From an uncultured Desulfobacteraceae bacterium (GTDB taxonomy: Bacteria > Desulfobacterota > DSM-4660 > Desulfatiglandales > Desulfatiglandaceae), in the NCBI GenBank assembly GCA_964452575.1, contig CAYVMN010000001.1:3925-67924 (forward strand): a stretch of DNA of 64,000 bases, in the 5' to 3' direction. The translations under genes and the position numbers were made by a program. Numbering within the stretch: the first letter of the stretch is position 1; every line of letters begins with the position of its first letter. The notes beneath the pieces are model-generated. The model searched no databases, was not told the origin of the DNA, and saw nothing but the letters and a program-made list of their open reading frames with translations. Positions 36,933-46,550 of the stretch are shown here, piece by piece.

Positions 36933-38378
36933 CTATGAATCACGAAGTCGAGCAATCCTGTTGGCCTCCTTTTGGCGGAGCTTTTCCTGCCTTCTTGGAG
37001 GAAAGCACCAGAGATAATAGACGAAAAACGGCAATAAGATTACAGCGACTTTAAGGAGGCCCTTATGGGGGGCCAATTTAAGAGTTTCAAAAAGGACAAC
37101 GATACCGGTAAGAACTGCCAATGCGGCCAGGATGCCCATGAGGCCAACGAGTAATTTCTCAGACCAGCCCAACCCCGGTCTTGTTCCCACCAGAGAGAGC
37201 CAAATAAAGACCTGGAAATCTGTCATGGTGCTAATGACCTGTTCGGGATCGTAGGATAAGAGCGGTGAGCCAGAAATCCGGGTGGTCAAGAATGGAATGA
37301 TAATATTACGTGCCAACCATCCCGCCCCCAGCGCCACCGCAACACCAACCAGACCGCTTGTTACAAGAAGACGTAAGAATCTTCCATAAGAGATCGTTTT
37401 TTGTTTAGAACACCTTGAATATGCGACCAAGGCGAAGAGGGCTATTGTTAGTAATATCTGGCCGTAAGAGTTGTAGACGAAGTTCACTTCCTTTGGCTGG
37501 AATCCCATGGTAATGGATATCAAAAGAACCCGAATTAGATGATACCCGTAAAAGAATGGGACAAACCCGACAAGAATTATCACCCCGCGCTTCCACCAGT
37601 TGGTGGGCCAGGCAAATACTATGGCCACAAAAACCACCACCATGGGGCTGGAAAGGCAGCCTTCAATAAGTCTGATATGTTGAAATGAGAATAGGGCTAG
37701 ATGGTTCCGTGAAAAGGCATCATTCAAGGCAGACATTATCCAGAGGCTATGGCTTTCGATGAGCCCTTTAACTAAAAGGCCAAATGAACTGTCCAGAAAT
37801 ATTTGATAAAGCCAATACCCCCAGAGATAACCGATGCAGAATAGAGTAAGGGCCCGTAAGAGTGCCCGGTTGCTCTTAAGAAGCGAGAGCTGGTGGTCTT
37901 GTTGACTGTTCTTGGCCCACCAAAGAAAAATTGCCAGCATCCCGACAATAACGATGATTTGACCGATAATGATGTGAAAAGTCCATAAAGAATGGGGAAA
38001 TCGGGATGCCACCAGGATAATCAGGGACGTTCTAAACAAGTTTATGCACAAGAGGGTTACGAGGCCCAAGAGCAGCCCAAAAAGACGCCACTTCCATGTG
38101 GCGGGAAAAGGCAGTATCGCGGCAGCGTACATCATAAACACAAAGCCTCCTGTGCATGATTCTGCAATTTCAAAGCGCCCTGAAGCAATATTTACCACCC
38201 TGCCCACCACTTCAGCATGAAGACCCAAAAGAGATAATACCCATATGGTGACATTGGCGCTTAGCCGGGAAAGTCTCCTTAGAACAATCTCCTGGAACCA
38301 CTCACTCTGGTCGAGCCAGTAAAAGGCTCCGATCAGCGCACAGAATAATATAATCCACCGGAAGCTTTGCTTATTCAT
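36933..38378 (-). CDS. exosortase/archaeosortase-family membrane protein with an internally duplicated sortase-like domain
   Basis: 481 aa. Domain 1 reads ...GRFEIAESC(75)TGGFVF...ATWKWR...CIN(113)LFR(116)...FH(135)IIIGQ, the Cys/Asn-x-x-Arg/His-x3-G pattern of exosortases. Residues ~230-310 repeat it as IRLIEGC(241)LSSPMV...TNWWKR...YH(280)LIR(283)...VY(302)NSYGQ. The C-terminal ~150 aa add further TM segments. Confidence 0.7.
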   Translation of the reverse strand: MNKQSFRWIILFCALIGAFYWLDQSEWFQEIVLRRLSRLSANVTIWVLSLLGLHAEVVGRVVNIASGRFEIAESCTGGFVFMMYAAAILPFPATWKWRLFGLLLGLVTLLCINLFRTSLIILVASRFPHSLWTFHIIIGQIIVIVGMLAIFLWWAKNSQQDHQLSLLKSNRALLRALTLFCIGYLWGYWLYQIFLDSSFGLLVKGLIESHSLWIMSALNDAFSRNHLALFSFQHIRLIEGCLSSPMVVVFVAIVFAWPTNWWKRGVIILVGFVPFFYGYHLIRVLLISITMGFQPKEVNFVYNSYGQILLTIALFALVAYSRCSKQKTISYGRFLRLLVTSGLVGVAVALGAGWLARNIIIPFLTTRISGSPLLSYDPEQVISTMTDFQVFIWLSLVGTRPGLGWSEKLLVGLMGILAALAVLTGIVVLFETLKLAPHKGLLKVAVILLPFFVYYLWCFPPRRQEKLRQKEANRIARLRDS

Positions 38379-38783
38379 AGTCCCTTTTTCATATAATTTG
38401 ACAGTCTAAATAATAGTAGTGTTTCCCCAATATTGTAAATCCTTGCTGAACTTTGAAATACTTTACCCTATCAAGAGAACATTTCAAAAGGAAACAACCC
38501 CCTTATATTAACATCGGAACTCTTGATTTATCTATTGCAAAGGTGGAATAGACTTGGCGCATTTCACATATCTACCTCATGAACGCCCCAAAAGGCCGTG
38601 CTCGGCCCCCTGTCTGCCTTTCAGCAACTGGGGCTGCTCTATGTCGTCGTTGCAGCCGGTGCCATCCCACCATAAAGCCCAAGCGAGCGGCTGGATTGAT
38701 CATTTGGCATTTTACGAAAATTGAGTTAGGATGCATTTTGGTTTTGAGCGACAGCTTTTGGATGTATTTTGAAGGAGGGGCCT

Positions 38784-39602
38784 ATGCAGACATTTAGCGA
38801 ACAATTGGTGTTTTTTATTACAACCTATGGTCTCAACATTATAGGCGCAATAATAATTCTGGTCCTCGGTCGAATTGCCGCTGGGATTGGGAGGAAGATT
38901 ATCAGGAGTGTTCTTGAAAAATCGAAGGTAGATACTTCAATTATCTCCTTTGTCGGCAGTCTAACCTATATCCTCACACTGACCTTTGCTGTCCTTGCTG
39001 CATTAGCGAAGTTTGGCATCCAGACCGCGTCCTTTGTAGCAATTCTTGGGGCCTCAGGTTTCGCTATCGGTTTTGCCCTGCAGGGGTCTTTGGCCCATTT
39101 CGCAGCAGGCGTGTTGATCCTTGTCCTTAGGCCATTTAAAGTGGGCGATTACATCATGGGCGCGGGTGAAGCCGGTACTGTAAAAGAGATCACTTTGTTC
39201 ACAACAGTGCTTGCTACGCCGGACAATGTCAAGATTATGGTCCCTAACGGCAAGCTATTCGGAGATGTCATCAGAAATGTTTCAGCCTATGATACGAGGC
39301 GGGTAGATCTTACGGTCGGTATAGGTTACAGCTCTGACATTCAAAAGGCGCATGATGTCATCGCAGCCTTGATCAAAGAAGATGGTCGCGTACTCTCTGA
39401 GCCTCTCCCACAGATTGCGGTTTCCGAACTGGCGGATTCCAGTGTAAACCTTGTTGTCCGTTCATGGGTAAACGGGTCAGACTTCTGGCAGGTAAAATTT
39501 GACCTGACGCGCAAGATAAAGGAGGCCTTTGATACAAACGGCATCGAGATTCCTTTCCCACAGCGTGTTGTTCACATGATTTCGGGGCGTGCAGCTATCT
39601 GA
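38784..39602 (+). CDS. mscS: small-conductance mechanosensitive channel (MscS family)
   Basis: The ORF track starts at TTG 38769. ATG 38784 is preceded by GAAGGAGG. The protein has three N-terminal TM helices, a pore-helix region GFAIGFALQGSLAHFAAGVLILVLRPFKVGD and a beta domain, typical of MscS. Confidence 0.85.
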   Translation: MQTFSEQLVFFITTYGLNIIGAIIILVLGRIAAGIGRKIIRSVLEKSKVDTSIISFVGSLTYILTLTFAVLAALAKFGIQTASFVAILGASGFAIGFALQGSLAHFAAGVLILVLRPFKVGDYIMGAGEAGTVKEITLFTTVLATPDNVKIMVPNGKLFGDVIRNVSAYDTRRVDLTVGIGYSSDIQKAHDVIAALIKEDGRVLSEPLPQIAVSELADSSVNLVVRSWVNGSDFWQVKFDLTRKIKEAFDTNGIEIPFPQRVVHMISGRAAI

Positions 39603-39701
39603 GAAAGGAAGAGTAATGGTGGTCAAGGAGATAATAGATTGGGGTTGGAGACTTGGAATTGCCCCTTAGGTTTTTGGATTGAATTGAAAGGAGGTGAATA
39701 A

Positions 39702-40229
39702 ATGCCATTAAGAGCGAGAGTGGACGGACCGGTGATGGATATTGATAAACTGGAACTGGGCAAAGAACTGCCTGAAATGAAAGTTGCTTATGACGAAAAT
39801 ATGCAGGGGAGGTTCCTGGTGGCCCTCAAGGAGGAGAACCCTTGGTACTACAGTGAGTCTCCTTGGGGGGTCCCCATTACCTATCACCCTCTCCTGGACG
39901 ACGCCCCTATGGAGGCGGCCATGCATTGCTATCAGTACCCCTTCAGTTTTGTTCATGCAAAGCAGGAGACAGAATTCCTAAACCCACTTCCCCTCGGCAA
40001 GCCCGCTCGCATTTTCACAAAGATCGTGGATAAATATGTGAAGCGAGACAAGGGTTACATCGTTATCGAGTCTCTAATCGTAGATGAGGATGGCGTGCAG
40101 ATCATGCGTACTAAGAATCATGCCATGATCGACGATGAGCGCGTTAGAGAAGCTGCCAAATATGGGCTTCTCCACGTCCCGCCCTCAAGGGCTACCCACA
40201 AAAGCAACAAAAAGGAGACCAAATCATGA
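39702..40229 (+). CDS. hotdog-fold protein (MaoC-N-terminal/FAS1-dehydratase-like)
   Basis: 175 aa with RBS AAAGGAGG. FVHAKQETEFLNPLPLGKPARIFTKIVDKYVKRDKGYIVIE fits the hotdog central helix/sheet pattern. The stop overlaps the next start (ATGA at 40226-40229). Confidence 0.55.
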   Translation: MPLRARVDGPVMDIDKLELGKELPEMKVAYDENMQGRFLVALKEENPWYYSESPWGVPITYHPLLDDAPMEAAMHCYQYPFSFVHAKQETEFLNPLPLGKPARIFTKIVDKYVKRDKGYIVIESLIVDEDGVQIMRTKNHAMIDDERVREAAKYGLLHVPPSRATHKSNKKETKS

Positions 40230-40639
40230 TGATAGCCAGGAAAACCATGGAGGTGGGGCAACTTTTACCTCCAGTAAAAAAAGAGGTTACTTTCGAGAAC
40301 ATTCGCCTTTTCAGTATGTGGAGTAACAGAAACATCCACACGGATTGGGAGGTAGCCATGAAGGGGGGGCTGCCAGCACCCATCGCGCAGGGTCTTATGT
40401 CCCATGCCTATCTTTGTGAGATGCTGACCAGGTTTTTCGGTAAGAATTGGCTCCAAGGCGGAAAGATCGAGGTGAAGTTCATTCGATACACCTTGCCCGG
40501 GGATGTGGTTACTGCCATGGGTGTTGTAAAGGAAAAAATCGAAGAGGGCGCAGCGGTCAGATTTAATTGTGAAGTCTGGTGCGAAAGCCTCAGCGGTGAG
40601 AAGACGGTGGTAGGCACAGCCAGCGCCCTAGTGGATTAG
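40226..40639 (+). CDS. MaoC-like (R)-specific enoyl hydratase/dehydratase hotdog subunit
   Basis: 137 aa. SNRNIHTDWEVAMKGGLPAPIAQGLM matches the MaoC motif D-x-N-x-IHTD...A...G-x-x-x-x-IAQG. Confidence 0.75.
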   Translation: MMIARKTMEVGQLLPPVKKEVTFENIRLFSMWSNRNIHTDWEVAMKGGLPAPIAQGLMSHAYLCEMLTRFFGKNWLQGGKIEVKFIRYTLPGDVVTAMGVVKEKIEEGAAVRFNCEVWCESLSGEKTVVGTASALVD

Positions 40640-40697
40640 CTCGGCCCATTCTTCTGTCAGGCAGGGGCCTGGACGTCCTATCAGGGGAGCCTCATTC

Positions 40698-41648
40698 CTA
40701 GTCAAGCACATTAGTCCTGAAATAATTGATGGTCCTTCGGAGCCCTTCTTCCAGGCCTAAGGTGGGCCCCCAGCCGAGCCTCCTCTTGGCCAGACCGATG
40801 TCGGGCTGACGTTGGATGGGATCGTCCTGGGGGAGGGGTTCAAATACAATATTGGATCTGCTCCCGGTCAACTTGACCGTCAGCTTTGCCAGATCCAAGA
40901 TAGTAAATTCCCCCGGGTTCCCCAGGTTTACAGGACCGATAAACTCATCCGGCCCATTCATCATCCGGATCATCCCTTCTATCATGTCATCCACATAACA
41001 GAAGGACCGGGTCTGTGATCCGTCCCCATAGACGGTGATGTCCTGTCCTGTCAAGGCCTGCACAATGAAATTGCTCACTACTCGGCCGTCATTCGGATCC
41101 ATCCTCGGGCCGTAGGTATTGAAAATACGCACCACCCTTATGTTTACCCTGTTCTGTCGGTAATAGTCAAAAAACAGGGTCTCCGCGCACCTCTTGCCCT
41201 CATCATAACATGATCTGGGCCCTATGGTATTCACATTGCCCCAGTAGTCCTCCCCTTGTGGGTGGACCGTCGGGTTACCATAGACCTCGCTGGTGGAGGC
41301 CTGCAGGATCTTGGCCTTCACCCTCTTGGCAAGACCGAGCATGTTGATAGCCCCCATGACGCTCGTCTTGACGGTCTTGACCGGGTTGTACTGGTAATGG
41401 ATGGGGGAGGCGGGACAGGCAAGGTTGTATATTTCATCCACCTCCAGAAAAATGGGTTGGACCAAATCGTGGCGGACCAGTTCGAAATTTGCCTTTCCAA
41501 GGAGATGGATGATGTTTTTTTTGCTCCCGGTAAAGAAATTGTCTAGGCACAGGACATCATGGCCTTCTGCGACCAGGCGGTCACAGAGATGGGAACCAAG
41601 GAAGCCTGCGCCTCCTGTAACGAGGATACGCCTCTGTCTGTGGATCAT
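40698..41648 (-). CDS. UDP-glucuronate decarboxylase (UDP-xylose synthase-type SDR)
   Basis: 316 aa with [33 protein letters not shown] and the YDEGKR catalytic Tyr/Lys context typical of UXS. Confidence 0.9.
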   Translation of the reverse strand: MIHRQRRILVTGGAGFLGSHLCDRLVAEGHDVLCLDNFFTGSKKNIIHLLGKANFELVRHDLVQPIFLEVDEIYNLACPASPIHYQYNPVKTVKTSVMGAINMLGLAKRVKAKILQASTSEVYGNPTVHPQGEDYWGNVNTIGPRSCYDEGKRCAETLFFDYYRQNRVNIRVVRIFNTYGPRMDPNDGRVVSNFIVQALTGQDITVYGDGSQTRSFCYVDDMIEGMIRMMNGPDEFIGPVNLGNPGEFTILDLAKLTVKLTGSRSNIVFEPLPQDDPIQRQPDIGLAKRRLGWGPTLGLEEGLRRTINYFRTNVLD

Positions 41649-41722
41649 TTTTAAAGCCCTTTGCTCGTTGCTGGTTGCTCGTTACTCGTGATTCGTGGCC
41701 TGTTTCGAGTTTCTAATATCGG

Positions 41723-43099
41723 TCAAAAATGCGTCAACGCCGGTTTTCCGATTGGAAAGACATTGAAACCGATCTCATACAGGCCCTTGTGGTCAAGGAT
41801 ATTCCTGCCGTCAAAGACAAAAGCGGGCTTCGCCATTAAACGGAATATCCTTTCATAGTCAAGCCCTGCGTAAAGGTCCCACTCGGTCATAACCGCAATG
41901 GCGTCAGAGCCGCAGGCAGCCTCATAAGGGTCTTCAACAAAGGAGACCTTTCCGCCCAGGCCCTCAAGGTCTTTCCTGGCATTATCCAAGGCCTTTGGGT
42001 CGGTTATTACCAACTCGGCCCTCTCTTCCAGGAGCCTCTCTGCCACGAATTTGGCAGGGCTCTCTCTCGTATCCCCCGTGTTTGCCTTAAAGGCAAACCC
42101 CAAAAGGCAGACCTTTTTCCCTGCAAGGGTGTTAAACATTGCGTTTAGCATCTTCAACACAAATCGTTCTTTCTGGTATTCATTGATCCTTATGACACCC
42201 TCCCAGTATCTGGCCACATCTTCAAGATCATAGTAGCGGCAAAGATAGACCAGGTTCAAGATATCCTTTTTAAAGCATGAGCCTCCAAAGCCAATGCTGG
42301 CATTCAGGAATTTATCGCCTATCCGGTTATCCATACCGACGGCCAGCGCAACCTCCGTAATCTCCGCATCGGTCTTTTCGCAAAAGGCCGAGATAGAATT
42401 AATAGACGAGATCCTCTGGGCCAGGAAGGCGTTGGCCACAAGTTTTGAGAGTTCACTGCTCCATATACCCGAGGTTATTATGCGCTCCCTGGGTACCCAG
42501 TTGGCGTAGATCTCTACCAGTTGATCCCTGGCCTTTAGGCCACTTGGCGTCTCTCTTGAGCCGATCAGGACCCTGTCAGGGTCTTCCAGGTCTCTTATGG
42601 CCGTGCCTTCTGCCAAGAACTCGGGATTGGAGAGTACGTCAAACTGGACCCCATCATCATTTGCGGTAAGGATCCTTTCCATGGCCAGGGCGGTCTTGAC
42701 GGGAAGGGTGCTCTTTTCCACGATTATCTTGTTAGAAGCAGAAGACTCCCTTATCTGCCGGGCAGTCCTCTCCCAATACTGGAGATCGGCGGCCATCCCG
42801 GCCCCCGCGCCAAAGGTCTTGGTGGGTGTATTGACGCTTACAAAGATGATCTCGGACTCCCGGATGGCCTCGTTGATCTCTGTGCTGAAAAAGAGATTCT
42901 TGCCCCGTGACGCCTTTACAACATCTTCCAGGCCCGGTTCGTAGATGGGGAGCCTCTCTGAATTCCACTGCGAGATGCGCTCTTTGTTAATATCCACAAC
43001 GGTCACCTTATATTGGGGGCACTTATAGGCAATCATCGCCATGGTAGGTCCGCCCACATAACCGGCTCCAATACACAGGATCTTCTTCTCAAAATCCAT
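41723..43099 (-). CDS. ugd: UDP-glucose 6-dehydrogenase
   Basis: The ORF track starts at 43153. The likely start is ATG 43099 (MDFEKKILCIGAGYVGGPT), preceded by GGGAAGGGA. The motif GFGGSCFKKD contains the catalytic Cys. Confidence 0.9.
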   Translation of the reverse strand: MDFEKKILCIGAGYVGGPTMAMIAYKCPQYKVTVVDINKERISQWNSERLPIYEPGLEDVVKASRGKNLFFSTEINEAIRESEIIFVSVNTPTKTFGAGAGMAADLQYWERTARQIRESSASNKIIVEKSTLPVKTALAMERILTANDDGVQFDVLSNPEFLAEGTAIRDLEDPDRVLIGSRETPSGLKARDQLVEIYANWVPRERIITSGIWSSELSKLVANAFLAQRISSINSISAFCEKTDAEITEVALAVGMDNRIGDKFLNASIGFGGSCFKKDILNLVYLCRYYDLEDVARYWEGVIRINEYQKERFVLKMLNAMFNTLAGKKVCLLGFAFKANTGDTRESPAKFVAERLLEERAELVITDPKALDNARKDLEGLGGKVSFVEDPYEAACGSDAIAVMTEWDLYAGLDYERIFRLMAKPAFVFDGRNILDHKGLYEIGFNVFPIGKPALTHF

Positions 43100-43327
43100 T
43101 TCCCTTCCCGCTCCTGGCTGACTGAGCCATTGGTAATGCCGATACTTCCACATACCAGTACGTGGACAATATCAAATGCCCTTCCAAGAGTCACTCAAAA
43201 AGTTCCGGGATATGACAACCTATCAAACCCCTCAGAGGCTTAGACCTTGACACCTTGGCCGTGTCCCCATATCTTATTTCCGGTTTATCGCCGATTCCCA
43301 TGAGAGACTCCCTGGTATCACTGTGCC

Positions 43328-44674
43328 ATGATCAGCACCGAAGAGATAATATCCAAGAGACCTAGCATCACCTATGGGGCCTATGCCCTGATGGGAGGCA
43401 CCTTGATAGTGCCTTCCTTTTATGCCTTTTTGGCCTATACCCGCATCACAGGCCGGTACGGAAATCACCTAAAAGAGCGCCTGGGATTCTTCCCCCACAG
43501 GGCTGTTCAGCGTCTTTCAGGCTCGCCAAGGATTTGGATCCATGCCGTATCTCTTGGTGAGGTAATGGTAGCCGGGTCCCTTGTAAAGGCCCTGAGGGAG
43601 ATGATCCCTTCCCCATCCTTCCTTCTATCAACCACTACTCCCCACGGTCGCAGGTCGGCACAGGAGACACTCAATGAGGAGGTCCCTGTGGTATATGCAC
43701 CCATTGACTTTGTGGGTTCAGTACGAAAGGCCCTCTCAACGGTTCGCCCTGATGTCATGGTCTTCCTTGAGACCGAAATCTGGCCCTCATGGCTCCTCGA
43801 GGCGCGCCGCATGGGAATCAAAACCTCCCTCATCAATGGCCGAATATCTCCCCGATCCATTGAAGGATATCTCAGGCTGAGGCCTTTCTTCCGCAAGGTC
43901 CTTCAGGGCTTCGATGCCTTCAGCATGATCACGGAACAAGACGCAGGGCGCATAAAGGCAATGGGGGCCCCACCTGAAAAGATCGAAATAAATGGCAATG
44001 CAAAGTATGATCTCCTGGCAGGCTCTGCAGACCCTTTAGTGGAACCAGAAATCCGGCGCATATACAGCCTCCCTCTCGAGCAACAGGTCTTTGTTGCTGG
44101 GAGTACCCGCCAGGGTGAGGAGGAAATGGTCTTGGGGGTGTACCACAGGATCCTTCGGGAGTTCCCAGATACCATCCTGATCATTGCGCCCAGGCATGTG
44201 GAAAGGAGCCGCGAGATTGGCTCTCTGGTAAAAAGGCATGGGCTTGATTACCAGCTCCGCTCCCAGTTCGGCAGTGGTGGGGCAGGGCGTACCTCAAGGG
44301 TTGTGATTATCGACACCTTTGGAGAGCTTTTCAAGGTATACAGTACCGCAACCATTGTATTCTGTGGGGCCAGCCTGGTGCCCCTCGGGGGACAAAATCC
44401 CCTTGAACCGGCGGTCTGGGGAAAGGTGGTATTTTACGGCCCTTCAATGGAGGATTTCTTGGATGCGAGGGCCCTGCTGGACGCTGAAAAGGCAGGCATT
44501 CTGGTTACGGATGCCAGGGCCATGGCAGAAAAGGCGATCTGGTTTCTGTCCCACCCCGAGGAATCAAATGCATATGGTCAAAGGGCCAGGAAGGCAGTCC
44601 TCAAGAACCAAAAGGCCGCCCAAAAACATGCGATGGTGATAAAACGGCTCATAGACAACAGGAAAGGGGCTTAA
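43328..44674 (+). CDS. waaA: Kdo transferase, copy 2
   Basis: 448 aa with an N-terminal TM helix. IWIHAVSLGEVMVAGSLVKAL and ETEIWPSW are the full-length WaaA pattern. Clearly diverged from copy 1. Confidence 0.85.
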   Translation: MISTEEIISKRPSITYGAYALMGGTLIVPSFYAFLAYTRITGRYGNHLKERLGFFPHRAVQRLSGSPRIWIHAVSLGEVMVAGSLVKALREMIPSPSFLLSTTTPHGRRSAQETLNEEVPVVYAPIDFVGSVRKALSTVRPDVMVFLETEIWPSWLLEARRMGIKTSLINGRISPRSIEGYLRLRPFFRKVLQGFDAFSMITEQDAGRIKAMGAPPEKIEINGNAKYDLLAGSADPLVEPEIRRIYSLPLEQQVFVAGSTRQGEEEMVLGVYHRILREFPDTILIIAPRHVERSREIGSLVKRHGLDYQLRSQFGSGGAGRTSRVVIIDTFGELFKVYSTATIVFCGASLVPLGGQNPLEPAVWGKVVFYGPSMEDFLDARALLDAEKAGILVTDARAMAEKAIWFLSHPEESNAYGQRARKAVLKNQKAAQKHAMVIKRLIDNRKGA

Positions 44675-44676
44675 GA

Positions 44677-45885
44677 ATGGCAATTGATCGCGGTGCAATC
44701 AAAGAGATGAAAGAGGCCCTGCCAGCAAGGGTAAAGACCAGATTGAACCGGGTCATAAGAGCGGTCGTCGAGACAAAGGAGAAGGGAGGCAAGGTGGTGG
44801 CGGTGGTAGGGAGCGGCCCAAACGTCCATGAAGGTGTCACTACCCTTATCTCCGAACTGATCCACAAGGGAATCATCGACGGTGTGTCCACCAGTTCTGC
44901 GGTTATAAACCACGAGATGGCCGGCACCCTTGAGAAGGTAAAGCGGTTTGACGGGGCGGCACTCGGATTAAGCCCTGAGAAGCTGCCATGCGACGGCCGG
45001 TTCGAGGTCAGCCTGATCTCAAAGGCGCGCCTGGAAGAGTATCAGAGGGAAATCCCTATCGATATGGCCCTTTACCGAAAGATGCGTCGGGCCAAGGGCA
45101 ATACCGTCATAAAGGTGGCCGGAAACATGGCATATCCCACCGGGCTCCGAACAGAGAGACTGGCCCGCGAGGTCCTTGCCCTAGCAAGGCGTTCGGGTGT
45201 CCCCTTTGAACAGATGGTTGGTTACGGGGCCGATCCCTATACCATGATAGGTGCTGGGGCCGAGCGCGGTGTTCCGGTACTCGTCACCGTGCCTCAGTTG
45301 GTGGGCGGCGGGGAGGTGGGCCTTGCCATTGGGGATTCAATTTCCATCTCCGAGCGATGCCAGCGGATCGCCAGGCTTATGGCCGGGGCAGATGTGATTA
45401 TTGAGTCCGCCCTCGCCCTTTCCCAGGAAGTCCACGACGGTCCATTTGAGCTCTTCACGGGCCATGGCATCTGGTCCGACTGGGAGGGAGGTTGGACCTA
45501 TTCCCTTGCAGACAAGAGGATCGTGCGCATTGACCTGGACCCCAACCTGGAAAAGGCCTGGGGTTGGGAGAGAAGGGGCAGCATGGTCTCGGATGCTGTC
45601 CACAAGGGTCTTCCCAAGACAAAGTTCATGCAGATACCTTTCCGTATGGAGATGTCTGGTTTTGCCAGGGTCCCCGGAAGCCTCCCTATTTCAGGAGATA
45701 TTGGTGAGATATGGCCGATCCTGGCAACTGCTGTGGCGGATGCCCTCAGGATTAAGCTTGATTTTATGAGTTACAAGCAATCCATACCGGCAGGTGAAAG
45801 GATGAGGGAATGGATAGTGAGGCGAGTTAGCCCGGTTGATAGGGGACGCATGTTTGCTGCCAGCCAGCGTCTTACCCTTGACTGA
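44677..45885 (+). CDS. conserved hypothetical protein (weak resemblance to deoxyhypusine-synthase-like fold)
   Basis: 402 aa. Starts 3 nt after the waaA copy 2 stop. VVGSGPNVHEGVTTLISELIHKGIIDGVSTSSAVINHEMAG only loosely recalls the DHS-family TT-x-G-x-x-E-x-D segment. The assignment is not reliable. Confidence 0.5.
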   Translation: MAIDRGAIKEMKEALPARVKTRLNRVIRAVVETKEKGGKVVAVVGSGPNVHEGVTTLISELIHKGIIDGVSTSSAVINHEMAGTLEKVKRFDGAALGLSPEKLPCDGRFEVSLISKARLEEYQREIPIDMALYRKMRRAKGNTVIKVAGNMAYPTGLRTERLAREVLALARRSGVPFEQMVGYGADPYTMIGAGAERGVPVLVTVPQLVGGGEVGLAIGDSISISERCQRIARLMAGADVIIESALALSQEVHDGPFELFTGHGIWSDWEGGWTYSLADKRIVRIDLDPNLEKAWGWERRGSMVSDAVHKGLPKTKFMQIPFRMEMSGFARVPGSLPISGDIGEIWPILATAVADALRIKLDFMSYKQSIPAGERMREWIVRRVSPVDRGRMFAASQRLTLD

Positions 45886-45906
45886 GGCTAGCCAGGAGAT
45901 CTCTTA

Positions 45907-46191
45907 TCACCGGTGATGTTTCAGGTAAACCATTGTTGCCCCCCAGCTTGAAGGGCCGGAATCCAGGTGAAAGTCAAGGACCTTTGGGTCCTTCTCAAGG
46001 AGGCTGTGTACCGTCTCGCGAAGGACCCCCTTCCCTTTCCCGTGAATAATCCTTACCTGGTAAATCCCCCTCTCATCACATGCCCTCAGGTATTCCTTGA
46101 CAACCGAGGAGACATCTCCGGGCCAAAATGTGTGGAGATCCAGGGTTCCATCAATGGGGAGCTCTATTGGTTCAGGTCCTTCCTCGGTCAT
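45907..46191 (-). CDS. Smr-domain protein
   Basis: 94 aa. LDLHTFWPGDVSSVVKEYL...VRIIHGKGKGVLRETVHSLL matches the Smr pattern LDLHG...IIHGKG-x-G-x-LR. Confidence 0.8.
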   Translation of the reverse strand: MTEEGPEPIELPIDGTLDLHTFWPGDVSSVVKEYLRACDERGIYQVRIIHGKGKGVLRETVHSLLEKDPKVLDFHLDSGPSSWGATMVYLKHHR

Positions 46192-46526
46192 ATCTTCTCC
46201 AGGTTTACCTGATCTCCAAAATGAAAGGCGAGGTCCCTTTCAAGGACTTCATAATCCTCCTCTTTTTCCACCTCAACCACCAGTTCCCTTTCATCCAGGA
46301 CCTTCAGGCATCCCCTTCTTTGGACGATATCTATTACCCTATTCACGTCAACGGTCACCCATCCCTTCATCCGCTGGACCAGCTCATCACCCTTGAAGGC
46401 CCTTTCAATGGTGAGGTCCACCACCCTGTTTTTGGCCTCCCACCCTATCAATGCAGGCCTCACTACAACAGGGGTGACCGGATCATGCATGGCAGCGCAT
46501 CGAAACCAGAGCCTTGCCCGAATCAT
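46188..46526 (-). CDS. hypothetical protein
   Basis: 112 aa. The stop overlaps the Smr start by 4 nt (46188-46191). No motif recognised. Confidence 0.45.
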   Translation of the reverse strand: MIRARLWFRCAAMHDPVTPVVVRPALIGWEAKNRVVDLTIERAFKGDELVQRMKGWVTVDVNRVIDIVQRRGCLKVLDERELVVEVEKEEDYEVLERDLAFHFGDQVNLEKI

Positions 46527-46550
46527 AACTGCCTCTCCCCTGCTGCCCCC

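Noticed and set aside
38579-38797. 72-aa ORF and GC-rich patch upstream of mscS, considered as a small gene or riboswitch
   Set aside because: The translation is Arg/Cys/Ala-rich without a motif. It overlaps the mscS RBS and start. I could not fold a convincing conserved structure by eye.
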